Of a stretch of DNA of 62,288 nucleotides, positions 1 through 9,960 are shown in pieces; position 1 is the stretch's first letter; each line of letters opens with the position of its first letter. This DNA comes from a virus (Duplodnaviria > Caudoviricetes): positions 1-62,288 of IMG/VR virus record IMGVR_UViG_3300032286_000962, one strand, 5' to 3'. The notes beneath the pieces are model-generated. The model saw only the letters and a list, made by a program, of their open reading frames with translations. It made no database searches and was not told the DNA's origin. The position numbers and the translations under genes are program-made.

Positions 1-273
1 GAGTACAAAAAGAAACTAGCCCGTCAAAAAAACGGATGCGCCATTTGCACCGAAGTATGCGGCTCAGGCAAGAGCCTTGCAGTCGATCACTGCCATGAAA
101 GCGGAAAGATTCGCGGTCTTTTGTGCAGCAAATGCAATTTAGGTCTTGGTCTCTTTAGAGATGACATTATCTTACTTGTTGCAGCCAAAAGATATTTAAC
201 GAAATACAAAAAATCGCCATGCAAAAAACCAAAAAGGTCTCCATCCAAATCTCAGGCAAGAAGTGGACGATAG
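1..273 (+). CDS. Endonuclease VII-family (His-Me finger) nuclease, 5'-partial
   Basis: Manual frame-1 translation gives ...QKNGCAICTEVC...LAVDHCHESGKIRGLLCSKCNLGLGLFRDD..., containing the CxxC, DHCH and RGLLCxxCNxxLG signature. Stop TAG at 271-273. Absent from the ORF track because the start is outside the window. Confidence 0.9.
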   Translation, partial: EYKKKLARQKNGCAICTEVCGSGKSLAVDHCHESGKIRGLLCSKCNLGLGLFRDDIILLVAAKRYLTKYKKSPCKKPKRSPSKSQARSGR

Positions 274-500
274 AGTTTGGGAATCCCGGCACGACAAACG
301 GAACCCCCGACGACGCGGTTTGTATCTACGACGAGCGCAGAATTGTGCTTCGTAGGAAGTCGAAAGGGAGTCTCCTGAACTGTACCGCACACGAAATCAT
401 CCACGCTCGGTGCCCAGACCTTGAGGAAAGCGCCGTCCACGACTGCGGAGACCTGATTGACGAAGCGATCAATAAAGTTTTAGAAAATCTGGTTGATTGA
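219..500 (+). CDS. Small zincin-like (HExxH) metallopeptidase-fold protein
   Basis: AHEIIH motif followed by LEE; 93 aa. Confidence 0.6.
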   Translation: MQKTKKVSIQISGKKWTIEFGNPGTTNGTPDDAVCIYDERRIVLRRKSKGSLLNCTAHEIIHARCPDLEESAVHDCGDLIDEAINKVLENLVD

Positions 501-547
501 CGTTTTTCATCTTTACACTTTGTCCTACTAACCTTATTTTCCAACTC

Positions 548-1771
548 ATGAGCTGCGACTGTAATTCTTCCAACGGCAACGTATATGGACATGTGTGCCG
601 TCAAGACATCCCATATCCAAATATTTCGCACGAGTCGGTACCATCGATGATGGACAACCTGATTACCTCGCTGTACGGGGTTTTCACGAAGTCTGTGGTG
701 AATGGTCGTATAGTTTGGAATATTCCTTGCGATCCAGTGACCTCACCGGGTGAAATTTCGTGGCTTCCACGTGAAGAGGGCGAAGGATTTCTGTGCTACA
801 TGCTGCGAGCATTCAACGCCGTATTCCCTGCAGCAGTCACTCTGGATGGGGTTCAAACACTCACCAACAAGACTCTTATCGCTCCAGTTCTTACTCTACC
901 TACTGGCATCGTTGCTTCTGACATCGGTGCAGGAGCATTTGGTGGGTCAGTAACTCTTGCTGCTACCCAATTAACTGGCATTGTTCCAAACGCAAATACC
1001 ACATCAACTAATCTGGCGTCCCCATTGTCCATTGTTGAGCGTGACGCTTCTGGAGACTTTGCTGCTGGAACAATTTCTGCAGATCTCATTGGAGATGTCA
1101 CGGGAACCATTACTGGAAATGTGATCGGAAATGTCACGGGCAACGTGACAGGAAATCTTACTGGAAATGCTTCTACCACAACTCTTGCAACACGAGCTGC
1201 TGGATTGACAGAAGGCACTACTGGAGCGATTCCTTACCAGTCTTCAGTTGGAAACACTACATTCCTTACCGCAGGAACTACTGGACAGATTTTAACTCAG
1301 GGAGCTGGTGTTCCTGCATGGTCAAACTCATACAAGGGCACTATCACGAACGACTCCGCTCCCGCTGGATATGTCGGAGAATTTGTGACTAGCACCTTGG
1401 CCTCTGGAAGCGCTGTCACACTCACCACAGCGACCTCGGCCAACATAACCAGCATCTCTCTTACTGCTGGAGATTGGGACGTGTTTGGAAGCACAGCCTT
1501 TATACTTACTGCAGCCACTTCTACCTTTGGAAATCTTGGGTATATCGGAGGTATTAGCACGACTTCAAACACTTTGGGAACTCAGGATACATATTTCAAT
1601 TATCCAGTAGATTTGACTACCAAGACTGGGTCATTCAATTTTTCTAATCCACAAGTGAGAATATCGATCGCTTCTACAACCACTGTTTATCTTGTTGGAC
1701 AAGCCACTTTCTCAACAGGGGGCACTTCTGTTAAAGCATTTGGAACTATCTCAGCCCGTCGCGTCCGTTAA
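548..1771 (+). CDS. Tail fibre-like virion protein
   Basis: Likely start is ATG 548 (MSCDCNSS). Contains GNVT/GNLT repeats, TLTNKTL and GAIPYQS...GQILT fibre motifs and a beta-rich C-terminal domain. Confidence 0.75.
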   Translation: MSCDCNSSNGNVYGHVCRQDIPYPNISHESVPSMMDNLITSLYGVFTKSVVNGRIVWNIPCDPVTSPGEISWLPREEGEGFLCYMLRAFNAVFPAAVTLDGVQTLTNKTLIAPVLTLPTGIVASDIGAGAFGGSVTLAATQLTGIVPNANTTSTNLASPLSIVERDASGDFAAGTISADLIGDVTGTITGNVIGNVTGNVTGNLTGNASTTTLATRAAGLTEGTTGAIPYQSSVGNTTFLTAGTTGQILTQGAGVPAWSNSYKGTITNDSAPAGYVGEFVTSTLASGSAVTLTTATSANITSISLTAGDWDVFGSTAFILTAATSTFGNLGYIGGISTTSNTLGTQDTYFNYPVDLTTKTGSFNFSNPQVRISIASTTTVYLVGQATFSTGGTSVKAFGTISARRVR

Positions 1772-1783
1772 TCTACACAAATT

Positions 1784-2194
1784 ATGTCCTACTCATCCGC
1801 ACCAGTTGTCCTTCCTGAAGGTTTTTATGACCTGAGCGAGAAGATTGTCGCCCACCCATTGATTGAATCCGCAGAAAAAGCGGAAGAGACCGAGATGGCA
1901 GAGAACAATCTCCACTATCCTTGCTTGTACTTCTCCAACGCGCCTGAAGGTCTCAAAGATCTTCCGAAGGAAGGAACTGCAGTCATTCATTACAAAAAAG
2001 TAATGGAGCGCACCGAAAAGGTAGAACGGTCAGGAAAGACTCTTACGAACTACTGCATCGAGCTTGAGATCCATGGGATTAAACCTTCCAAGGACTCCGC
2101 CACTTACGAGACCAAGGAAGTTGAACCCGACGATGAGGACGCCATCGAGAAGGGCTTAGAAGAAGCGTCAGAAGAAACCTCAACCGAAGATTAA
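1784..2194 (+). CDS. Hypothetical acidic protein
   Basis: ORF tightly packed in the structural operon. Confidence 0.6.
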   Translation: MSYSSAPVVLPEGFYDLSEKIVAHPLIESAEKAEETEMAENNLHYPCLYFSNAPEGLKDLPKEGTAVIHYKKVMERTEKVERSGKTLTNYCIELEIHGIKPSKDSATYETKEVEPDDEDAIEKGLEEASEETSTED

Positions 2195-2198
2195 TACC

Positions 2199-2528
2199 AT
2201 GCCCTCAGACCCATCCATGCCCCCTACGGAGGCTCCTACCCCATCTCCTGTTCCTGCTGGTGTACCAGAGGGCATCGCCGCTCCCATGGGCGGAGGATCC
2301 GTGATGATGCAGATGCCGAAGAGCGCTTTTGATGAGCTCGCAGATATTGCTGCGATGCTTGCAGACGCTTTGCAACGTGCTCGTGGCCAAGTTGATTCTG
2401 AAGCGGCTGTAGCTCAAGCTCCCGCTCCTGAAGGAATGGTTCCAGAAGAGATTCCTGCTGAGATGGCTTCTGCAGATGAGCAGGATCTTGCTATGTTTGC
2501 TCAAGAGCTCAACAATCGCGGAAAGTAA
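2199..2528 (+). CDS. Hypothetical Pro/Ala/Met-rich protein
   Basis: ORF tightly packed in the operon. Confidence 0.6.
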   Translation: MPSDPSMPPTEAPTPSPVPAGVPEGIAAPMGGGSVMMQMPKSAFDELADIAAMLADALQRARGQVDSEAAVAQAPAPEGMVPEEIPAEMASADEQDLAMFAQELNNRGK

Positions 2529-2540
2529 AAATTAAAAATT

Positions 2541-5500
2541 ATGTTCGTCTCAGAAATCTTTAGCGAGGCGGCTGAGATTTTAGGAACAACCGACGAAAGC
2601 AGGGTATTCCGAAAGCTCACTCAGGCCGTGCAGGCTCTCATGGAGAGTGGACACTGGTTCCACACTACCCGTGAGGTCGATGTCTGCACTGGTTGGGATG
2701 GGTTTACAGTCACGCTACCGAAAGACATTGAAGTTCCATTGGCTATTAATATGGACGGATCTCCGTCGTATTTTCGCGGAAAACTTTTTCAGTATCACGT
2801 AAATCAAGGCGGAAGATTCGAGTCGGTAAATTGGGCGTGGGACGATCGGGGATTCGTTGCTACTCAGATGGATATTCGCCAGCCAGCGCAGGTCATTGCG
2901 GTAGCCGAGAGCGACGCAGATGTTGGTGCAACTTTAAGACTTGTCGGAACCAACCAATGGAATCGCGATCTGCGATCTCAAACTGCGGATGGGACTGGAG
3001 TTGATGGAATCATCATCCCAGTTCACAGTCTCAGTGATTTTACTCGCGGAACTATCATTCCTGATGGCAATACAATTGTAACTCGTGAAGTAGCAGTCAC
3101 TCCGATTACTAAGTTTGAGTCCACGACTCCTCATCAACTTGCATCTGGTCAGGGTATGATTCTTTCTACCGTTACTGGAACAACTCCGACTGGGATCACT
3201 GATTCCAATCAGTACTACGTTGGAGTAGTTAATCCAACTACGATTCAGCTTTATAGCGACCCTCTTTACGCAAAAAGCGGAACCTATCCGATTGCTTTGT
3301 CCAATATTACTGATGCTGGAACATTAAGACTTACTGATCAGAGGACTGCAAACTTGGTGACTTCCATAGAATTGTCCTCTCCGCCAACGATTTCATTGAG
3401 TGTAGGGAACCCTGTAACTTTTGAGGGAGCAATTTTACCAAGCCCCTTGGTAGAAGGAGTCACGTACTACATAAATTCGTTGGACTCTACAAATTTCCAA
3501 GTCTTCCTAAGTCTTTCAGACGCACAAACTCAAACGCGTCCAATTTATCTTACTGGAACTTCTCTGACATTTTCCATGTACATCAGGAAGCCAATTGCTC
3601 CGATTACGAAACTTACTTTTTCAGTTCCTCACTACTATTCAACTGGTGATTTGGTACAAGCTAGTACAAACGGTGGAACTCTCCCAGAACCTCTTGTATT
3701 GTCTCAGAATTATTACGTCTACGTGATCGATGACTTGACGGTAACTCTGCACGTATCGAACTCGGATGCTTTGTCTGGAATTAATCCAATTGTGTTAACT
3801 ACTGCAGGAACTGGTCAAAACTCTTTGGCAAAACTAATCCCTGCAACAGTTGCAATTGGAACTACAAGTAACGTGCTAGCTACTGGAGTTGGACTATCTC
3901 CAGCAACTGGATCAGGAGCAACGGTGAGAGCAAATTTAACAGGCCCTGTTACAAATATAACAGTTACTGCTGGAGGATCTAGTTATGGAAGTGTTCCGTT
4001 AGTTACTTTTGATAGCACAGGAGGAACTGGGTACGTATCAACACCAAGTGTTCAACTTGTCGGTAGTACTGGAGTTGGAGCGGTTTTTACTGCAAATATT
4101 GCGGGAGGTAAAATTACATCATTCACTAGAGTGTCTGGCGGAAGTGGATATACATTTGCTCCAACCGTAGTCATTAGTAATGGCGGAGGATACGGAGCCG
4201 CAGCACATGCTGTAGTAGTTGCTGGAGCTGTCGATTCTATCGTACTTGACCCAGTTGGATCTGGAGTTACCGCACATGCGTTGATCAATTCAATTACCAA
4301 TGTGGTCACAAACATAATTATTGATGACCCCGGTCAAGGCTACCAATTTCCACCACGAGTAACTATCTCAGGAGGAGGTGGAGCAGGTGCAACCGCCACA
4401 TCCACATTGACAACTTCATTTATTGAGAGCTACACAGTGCTCACTAGAGGATCAGGATACTTGTACCCACCAGCAGTATCCATCGTTGGTGGCGGAGGAA
4501 CTGGAGCAGCAGCAACCGCAGTAGTCCAAGGTGGTGAAGTAGTTTCAATATCTGTAATCTCTGAAGGTACAGGATACTCTGCTGCTCCATCGGTCAATCT
4601 TGTGTCTTCTACTGGAGCTTTTGTTCAATTTACAAGTACTGGAACTCTTCCAACACCACTAGTTCAAGGAACTACTTACAGAGCTGATGCTCCGTTGTCT
4701 GCTAATGGGTTTACAGTTGTTAACGCTGACTTTAGCCCCGTGAATATTACTTCTCTAGGAGCAGGAACCTTGTATGTGGTTATTTCAAGAACTTTTGGAG
4801 TTACGTTTACAAACGACTGGACTGGAGATTTCTCAGCTACTCCAACTGGAACTGCAATCTACTTCGGAACTGATTACTTGCTGCCAGTTACGTCTCCACC
4901 AATTGATTCAAGTACTGAATTTTGGTTGAGAAGGTTGACTAATGATACGGCTCAAGTTTTTGACACAGAAGCTCATGCTAATGGAACTGGTGCTACTGGA
5001 AAAGTGATCATTACCCAATTTGGAACTGGTCAATCGTATTATGCAATTAAGCAAACTGCTCAAGCAGTTCCTTACAACAATCAGTTAGCTGTTAGCAATA
5101 TTCAATATCTTTCAGACGGACAACGAGTTAAAGTTTCTACAACTGGGACTCTTCCAGCACCTTTGGAAGACGATATCGAGTATACTATAAAAATTGTAGA
5201 CTCAAACATTGAGCTTTATGAAAACAATCTACTAGTAGATTACACAACTCTTGGAGTGGGAGAGTTAAAAATTAATATCGTCAGAGATTTCACAGTAGTT
5301 CCAGCGACTACACTTACTTTGAACAATGCTTTTTACAATACTGGAACTGAGGTTATTGCTAGGGCGTCTGAAAATGACGTACTACCAACCCCCCTTCTTC
5401 CAGATACTTCGTACTTCGTCAGGTTCTTTGATAACAATGAAATTGAACTGTACGACACTTTTGCACACGCTTCTGGAACTGGAACTACTGGTCGCATATC

Positions 5501-5996
5501 GTATACAAAAACTGGCAATTCACTTGAGAGCAGTTTCTTTGTTGATGCCATAGAAGACATAACACTTGTAAAAGCTATATATCACGTCGAAAAGCCAGTC
5601 ACTCAAGGATATGTCAGCTTGTACGCTTACGATTACGGACGCAGCAACGACATGACTCTTATTGGTCAGTACCATCCGACCGAAGTTAATCCTAAGTATC
5701 GTCGAGTACGTCTTGGATCCGCCTGCTCTTGGGCTAGAATCATTTATCGAGTCAAGGCACCTAAAATAACAAGCATGTTCGATTACATTCCCGTTGAGCA
5801 AGAACGCGCCCTGATCGCTGCGGTTCACGCGGTTGATCTTGAGGATAAAGATTTTATGGATCAGGCCACCAAGTACTGGGCAATGGCTCTCAACTATCTC
5901 AAGAACCAACAGAATAGCATGGACGGACACGCCTTTGTTCCTCCGCAAATCAACAACATCACGTACGGAGATGGAACAGATCCCGTGATGTTCTAG
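2541..5996 (+). CDS. Putative head-tail adaptor (tail tubular A-like) with a large insertion of repeated beta domains
   Basis: Helical N-terminus (EIFSEAAEILG...LTQAVQAL) and helical C-terminus flank seven LPxPLxxxxxY-type repeats and several GxGAxAxA...GSGYxxxPxV repeats. Lies immediately before the nozzle-like gene. Confidence 0.6.
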   Translation: MFVSEIFSEAAEILGTTDESRVFRKLTQAVQALMESGHWFHTTREVDVCTGWDGFTVTLPKDIEVPLAINMDGSPSYFRGKLFQYHVNQGGRFESVNWAWDDRGFVATQMDIRQPAQVIAVAESDADVGATLRLVGTNQWNRDLRSQTADGTGVDGIIIPVHSLSDFTRGTIIPDGNTIVTREVAVTPITKFESTTPHQLASGQGMILSTVTGTTPTGITDSNQYYVGVVNPTTIQLYSDPLYAKSGTYPIALSNITDAGTLRLTDQRTANLVTSIELSSPPTISLSVGNPVTFEGAILPSPLVEGVTYYINSLDSTNFQVFLSLSDAQTQTRPIYLTGTSLTFSMYIRKPIAPITKLTFSVPHYYSTGDLVQASTNGGTLPEPLVLSQNYYVYVIDDLTVTLHVSNSDALSGINPIVLTTAGTGQNSLAKLIPATVAIGTTSNVLATGVGLSPATGSGATVRANLTGPVTNITVTAGGSSYGSVPLVTFDSTGGTGYVSTPSVQLVGSTGVGAVFTANIAGGKITSFTRVSGGSGYTFAPTVVISNGGGYGAAAHAVVVAGAVDSIVLDPVGSGVTAHALINSITNVVTNIIIDDPGQGYQFPPRVTISGGGGAGATATSTLTTSFIESYTVLTRGSGYLYPPAVSIVGGGGTGAAATAVVQGGEVVSISVISEGTGYSAAPSVNLVSSTGAFVQFTSTGTLPTPLVQGTTYRADAPLSANGFTVVNADFSPVNITSLGAGTLYVVISRTFGVTFTNDWTGDFSATPTGTAIYFGTDYLLPVTSPPIDSSTEFWLRRLTNDTAQVFDTEAHANGTGATGKVIITQFGTGQSYYAIKQTAQAVPYNNQLAVSNIQYLSDGQRVKVSTTGTLPAPLEDDIEYTIKIVDSNIELYENNLLVDYTTLGVGELKINIVRDFTVVPATTLTLNNAFYNTGTEVIARASENDVLPTPLLPDTSYFVRFFDNNEIELYDTFAHASGTGTTGRISYTKTGNSLESSFFVDAIEDITLVKAIYHVEKPVTQGYVSLYAYDYGRSNDMTLIGQYHPTEVNPKYRRVRLGSACSWARIIYRVKAPKITSMFDYIPVEQERALIAAVHAVDLEDKDFMDQATKYWAMALNYLKNQQNSMDGHAFVPPQINNITYGDGTDPVMF

Positions 5997-6000
5997 TCCT

Positions 6001-8130
6001 ATGAAATCACCGAATGTTACATCGGGTAGAGTTGAGAAGGTTACCGCTGGGTGGACTAAGGGAATAAATAGCGTTAGAAACCCATGGAACCTTTCAGCTG
6101 ATCAATTAAAATGGGGCGTTAACGTAACCGTTCGTGGAGGGATTGCACAGACTCGTCCCGGTCAAGGGATGAAGTTGTCACTCCCGCCGGGCAACCTCCA
6201 AGGAGGCTGTTTCTTCGCCTCAAACAAGCAAGCCAAGGCCGCTAGCACGTCAATCTCTAGCGGAAGAACTTCTACCGTTAGTGCAACCATCTACAACTAC
6301 GATGGCACTACTTCTTTTGAAGAAGAGTTGCCCTATATTGTATTTGCAGTTGGAGGATCCGTTTACTTTGCTCCATTTCCACTTGTTCAGCCTAAAGATT
6401 GGAACGACTACAAGTTGAAGAATATTTCTCTTAGCCCAGACGTTAAGGAATTTGTTTTTACTGTAGCTACTCAGACCGCAACCCTTAGTGCTGGTGGAGA
6501 CGTAACCGTCACTCCTTCTAACCGCGTTGTGATCATACAGGACGGAATAAGTGCTCCAGCGTATTGGGACGGATCCGACAAGAATGGCGGACAGGAGAGC
6601 AAGATTCCCGTTGGGTACTGGATGTCGTTTTCAGGAAACAGACTCTGGGTTGCAGCTAAGAATATCGTATTTGCTTCCGACATTGGAAATCCATTTTCTT
6701 GGACTGAAAGAACCGAAGGAGCTGGCAGGGGAGACTTTTCGTTCCCGCGCACAGTCACTGCACTTGTCGATTATATCGGTCAGGACAATGATACCAAGTT
6801 AATCGTATTTACAGATAGAGCTACATACTCGCTGTCTAGTGGAATTCTCGATAGATCTCAGTGGGCAACTACTGCAAATTTCCAAAAGACTCTTTTTGCT
6901 ACAATCGGCTGCATAGCTGGTAAGTCGATAGCATTTCAGGCTGGTCTCATGTGGTGGTACTCACGTGGCGGGCTAATAAATACAAACGTAGCTGCTGGCG
7001 TGTATGTTTCTTCTCAGGCGCTATACAAGGACGTTGAGATGGCCCGCGTGAAAAGATACATGCCATCCAACATGTCGAGTATCTGTGCGACTTCATTTGA
7101 GAATTACCTTCTTTACTCCATCCCTTACCTAGAAGCACTTCCTAGCGCGACTATGGTTCTCGACTACGCTGCGGCAAGTGAATTGACCCAGAGTGAGATT
7201 CCAGCTTGGGCTGGAGTGTGGAATGGAACGCGTCCTATTGAGTGGGTGTCGGGAACTATTGGACAACAGCCACGCTTGTTCCATTTTTCAGTCGACTACG
7301 TACCTACAAACGATGGTTCGTACAACCACCTTTGGGAATCCTTCCTTCCAGAGCGAGTCGATAGTTATTTACAGATTAATCCTGATGGATCCACTACGAC
7401 GAAGTACTCAAGGATCTATTCTCAGGCCGAGACAGCGCTTATGGGCGACGGCATGGATCTCAAGCAGATCAAGTACGGAGAACTAGACTGCTCTCAGATC
7501 GGTGGAACGGTTGACCTTCGCGTGTCGTACCGAGGAAGCAAAGGCGCGTACCAACCCATTCTTAATACTCGTTTCCTAGCGGTTACCGACGACTATCAGT
7601 TCGACAAGACTCCGCAGGCCGAGAAGATTGCTGAGTACGGAATTCTAAGGACGCAGCATCGACGTGTATCGACCGAGTCGGTGCAACGCTTAGACGTAAG
7701 TTCTTGCGAAACGAGATACTCTTCCGACGTGGACAAGGCGTTTAGTCTACTCGTCGAGTGGTGCGGAGAGCTGGGACTAGAAGCTGTTCGTGTGTTCATG
7801 GATCCATGGCAGGAGATGTCTGTTGGAATTCCGCAGTCCGACGAAAAAGAATCCTGCATCATCCACGAGGATGGGACTTACTCCCTCGTTGAACTTGAGG
7901 AGAGTCCTTATGAGGTTGCAAATTACAACGCTCAGTCGTGGTTTGCCACTCAGACACAAACAATCACATTACCCTGCACAAGTGGCCTTGGATTCGATGT
8001 TTCAGCAACTGCCACCGCGTCTGCGGAATCGTTTGTCTCATTGGCGGACGCAACTCAGAAAGCAATAACTCTGGCAGCACAAGCAGCATCTGCAGCAGCA
8101 CAAAAGTATAGGCAACAGAACCCCTGCTAA
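6001..8130 (+). CDS. Putative tail nozzle / tail tubular B (P22 gp10-like beta-propeller)
   Basis: 709 aa. Motifs NRLWVA..NIVFASDIGNPFSW and IGCIAGKSI are typical of this class; located upstream of the ejection proteins. Confidence 0.7.
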   Translation: MKSPNVTSGRVEKVTAGWTKGINSVRNPWNLSADQLKWGVNVTVRGGIAQTRPGQGMKLSLPPGNLQGGCFFASNKQAKAASTSISSGRTSTVSATIYNYDGTTSFEEELPYIVFAVGGSVYFAPFPLVQPKDWNDYKLKNISLSPDVKEFVFTVATQTATLSAGGDVTVTPSNRVVIIQDGISAPAYWDGSDKNGGQESKIPVGYWMSFSGNRLWVAAKNIVFASDIGNPFSWTERTEGAGRGDFSFPRTVTALVDYIGQDNDTKLIVFTDRATYSLSSGILDRSQWATTANFQKTLFATIGCIAGKSIAFQAGLMWWYSRGGLINTNVAAGVYVSSQALYKDVEMARVKRYMPSNMSSICATSFENYLLYSIPYLEALPSATMVLDYAAASELTQSEIPAWAGVWNGTRPIEWVSGTIGQQPRLFHFSVDYVPTNDGSYNHLWESFLPERVDSYLQINPDGSTTTKYSRIYSQAETALMGDGMDLKQIKYGELDCSQIGGTVDLRVSYRGSKGAYQPILNTRFLAVTDDYQFDKTPQAEKIAEYGILRTQHRRVSTESVQRLDVSSCETRYSSDVDKAFSLLVEWCGELGLEAVRVFMDPWQEMSVGIPQSDEKESCIIHEDGTYSLVELEESPYEVANYNAQSWFATQTQTITLPCTSGLGFDVSATATASAESFVSLADATQKAITLAAQAASAAAQKYRQQNPC

Positions 8131-8132
8131 TC

Positions 8133-8906
8133 ATGCCAACGATTCAGGATGCCAATACCAAGATCACAAGTTTCCCAAACAAATTTGTGAGTCCATGGGG
8201 AAATGATGCGATCACTCCATTTTACTCGTCCATGCCTCTAAAGACGCCAGTAGAGGGATGCTTGGAGTGCATCGTTTGTGGAACTTCAGTGGACAGGACT
8301 CAGATTGTGGCGGACGAAAACTTATCTAGAGTTCAAATTACCAACACGTATGTTCCGTCTGAAATTTTTACTGGATCAGAGGGAGACCAAGATTGGGGCA
8401 ATATTTTAAATTGGACTGATAATAATGGAGCTCAATCCACACTACTTCCCAACGATCTTTCAGAAGTAGAAATTCAGTCTAGTATTTCCACTAATTCAAG
8501 TGGGACTACTGGATATTGTTACTCTTTGACAACCTCAAATAATGCTTCTATTTCAGGCACATCTATTAACTGCATACAAGAAGCAACATTCAATGGAAGC
8601 TCAACTTGCATGGGATTTGACCCAGAGTTTACTTTAACTTCTCCAATAACTTATTTTAAAGATGAGTCGTTTTGTAATGGGAATGTTTTTGGAGACGTTG
8701 TTTTCAGTGATACTGCTGTGATGAATGGATTCATTGGAGACCCCGGCGAAGAAATCTATGTTGAGATCCACGGAGACGTAATTTTTACAGAGAACTCTGA
8801 AGCCAACTACGGAAAAGTTTTTGGAAACGTAGACGTGTACTCACCAGCTCAAAATCCAATTTGGCTTACTGAAGTTACTGGTACAATAACCTACCACGGG
8901 TATTAA
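8133..8906 (+). CDS. Virion appendage protein, paralog A
   Basis: Shares a ~50-aa N-terminus with the next gene; the C-terminal part has beta-helix-like GxVxGxVxF repeats. Confidence 0.6.
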   Translation: MPTIQDANTKITSFPNKFVSPWGNDAITPFYSSMPLKTPVEGCLECIVCGTSVDRTQIVADENLSRVQITNTYVPSEIFTGSEGDQDWGNILNWTDNNGAQSTLLPNDLSEVEIQSSISTNSSGTTGYCYSLTTSNNASISGTSINCIQEATFNGSSTCMGFDPEFTLTSPITYFKDESFCNGNVFGDVVFSDTAVMNGFIGDPGEEIYVEIHGDVIFTENSEANYGKVFGNVDVYSPAQNPIWLTEVTGTITYHGY

Positions 8907-8912
8907 AATATC

Positions 8913-9554
8913 ATGCCATCCATCCAGACAGCATCGATTCCAGTGACGTCATTCCCCAATGAGTTTGTGTCGCCTTGGGGCAATGACGAGGTAATTCCCT
9001 TGTACTCGTCTGTTCCTCTTAAAACTCCTGTTGTAGGTTGTTTGCCTTGTGTGGTTTGCGGAAATTCTAATACTCGGTATCAGATTATTTCTGGAGCTGA
9101 TCAAAACCAATCAGGATTCCTAGCAGGATCCCAATCAGGATCCCAACCTATATTAACTATCTCACAGCCGGGAATTTGGTTTTCTGGATTTATAACCCCA
9201 TCCAACAAATATCAGACCGCTGTTTTATTCGATTGGGACACGTGTTTATTTAGTGCTGGAATTTTAGACTATTCGGAAACTCCACTTTTAGCTGATGGAA
9301 ACTCTCTCAATTCAGTTCCATGGTTGGTTGATGGACATGTAAAATTAAAAGCAGTTGGGGAAGATGTCGGAGAAATTATAGAATCTACTGGAGGATATGC
9401 ATCTTTGTATCCAGTAGGAACGACTTTGCCAATTTCCAGTATTTTTAACGAAAATAATTATCCACAGATAATCGACGACACTCATAGGTCTCTTGAGGGA
9501 GGCCCATTTTGTGGTAATCCAACTGGTGCTTATGTGCAGTGTGCCCTCTACTAA
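8913..9554 (+). CDS. Virion appendage protein, paralog B
   Basis: N-terminus SFPNEFVSPWGND...YSSVPLKTPVVGCLPCVVCG is homologous to the 8133 gene. Confidence 0.6.
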   Translation: MPSIQTASIPVTSFPNEFVSPWGNDEVIPLYSSVPLKTPVVGCLPCVVCGNSNTRYQIISGADQNQSGFLAGSQSGSQPILTISQPGIWFSGFITPSNKYQTAVLFDWDTCLFSAGILDYSETPLLADGNSLNSVPWLVDGHVKLKAVGEDVGEIIESTGGYASLYPVGTTLPISSIFNENNYPQIIDDTHRSLEGGPFCGNPTGAYVQCALY

Positions 9555-9571
9555 ATTTTTATAAAAAATCT

Positions 9572-9955
9572 ATGAAATCCCAAGTCACCTACAAACTCGT
9601 ACCGCACGGCACTCAGGAGTTCCAACAGCTCCAGACCTTTGCAAAATCCTTCGACCATAAAATTGTCTTACATCCTCAGATAAATGTTTACGCACACTAC
9701 AGAGATGATGTATGTTTTGGATATTCTGACCACGTTTATATACCGACCGTGTACCCCGCTTTCCATCCAGCACTGACCAAGGCCAAGGACGTCATCCAAG
9801 TGATGTCCGACTGGCGTGCTCACGTGCAGCTCTCAGGATCCACGGGTTTTATTGGAGTTCCATCTCCTGATCACAGCGGTCGTGCAAACTTCCCTCAAAC
9901 CATCATGGAAAAACTAGGGCTCACGCGCTTGGAGCGTGAAGTCTACAGCCTCTAA
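9572..9955 (+). CDS. Hypothetical protein, possibly GNAT-fold
   Basis: 127 aa from ATG 9572; ends IMEKLGLTR, resembling the GNAT C-terminal motif; sits between tail and ejection genes. Confidence 0.4.
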   Translation: MKSQVTYKLVPHGTQEFQQLQTFAKSFDHKIVLHPQINVYAHYRDDVCFGYSDHVYIPTVYPAFHPALTKAKDVIQVMSDWRAHVQLSGSTGFIGVPSPDHSGRANFPQTIMEKLGLTRLEREVYSL

Positions 9956-9960
9956 ACATC

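Noticed and set aside
8133-9554. Diversity-generating retroelement template/variable repeat pair
   Set aside because: No reverse transcriptase was seen, the similarity is N-terminal, and differences are not adenine-specific.
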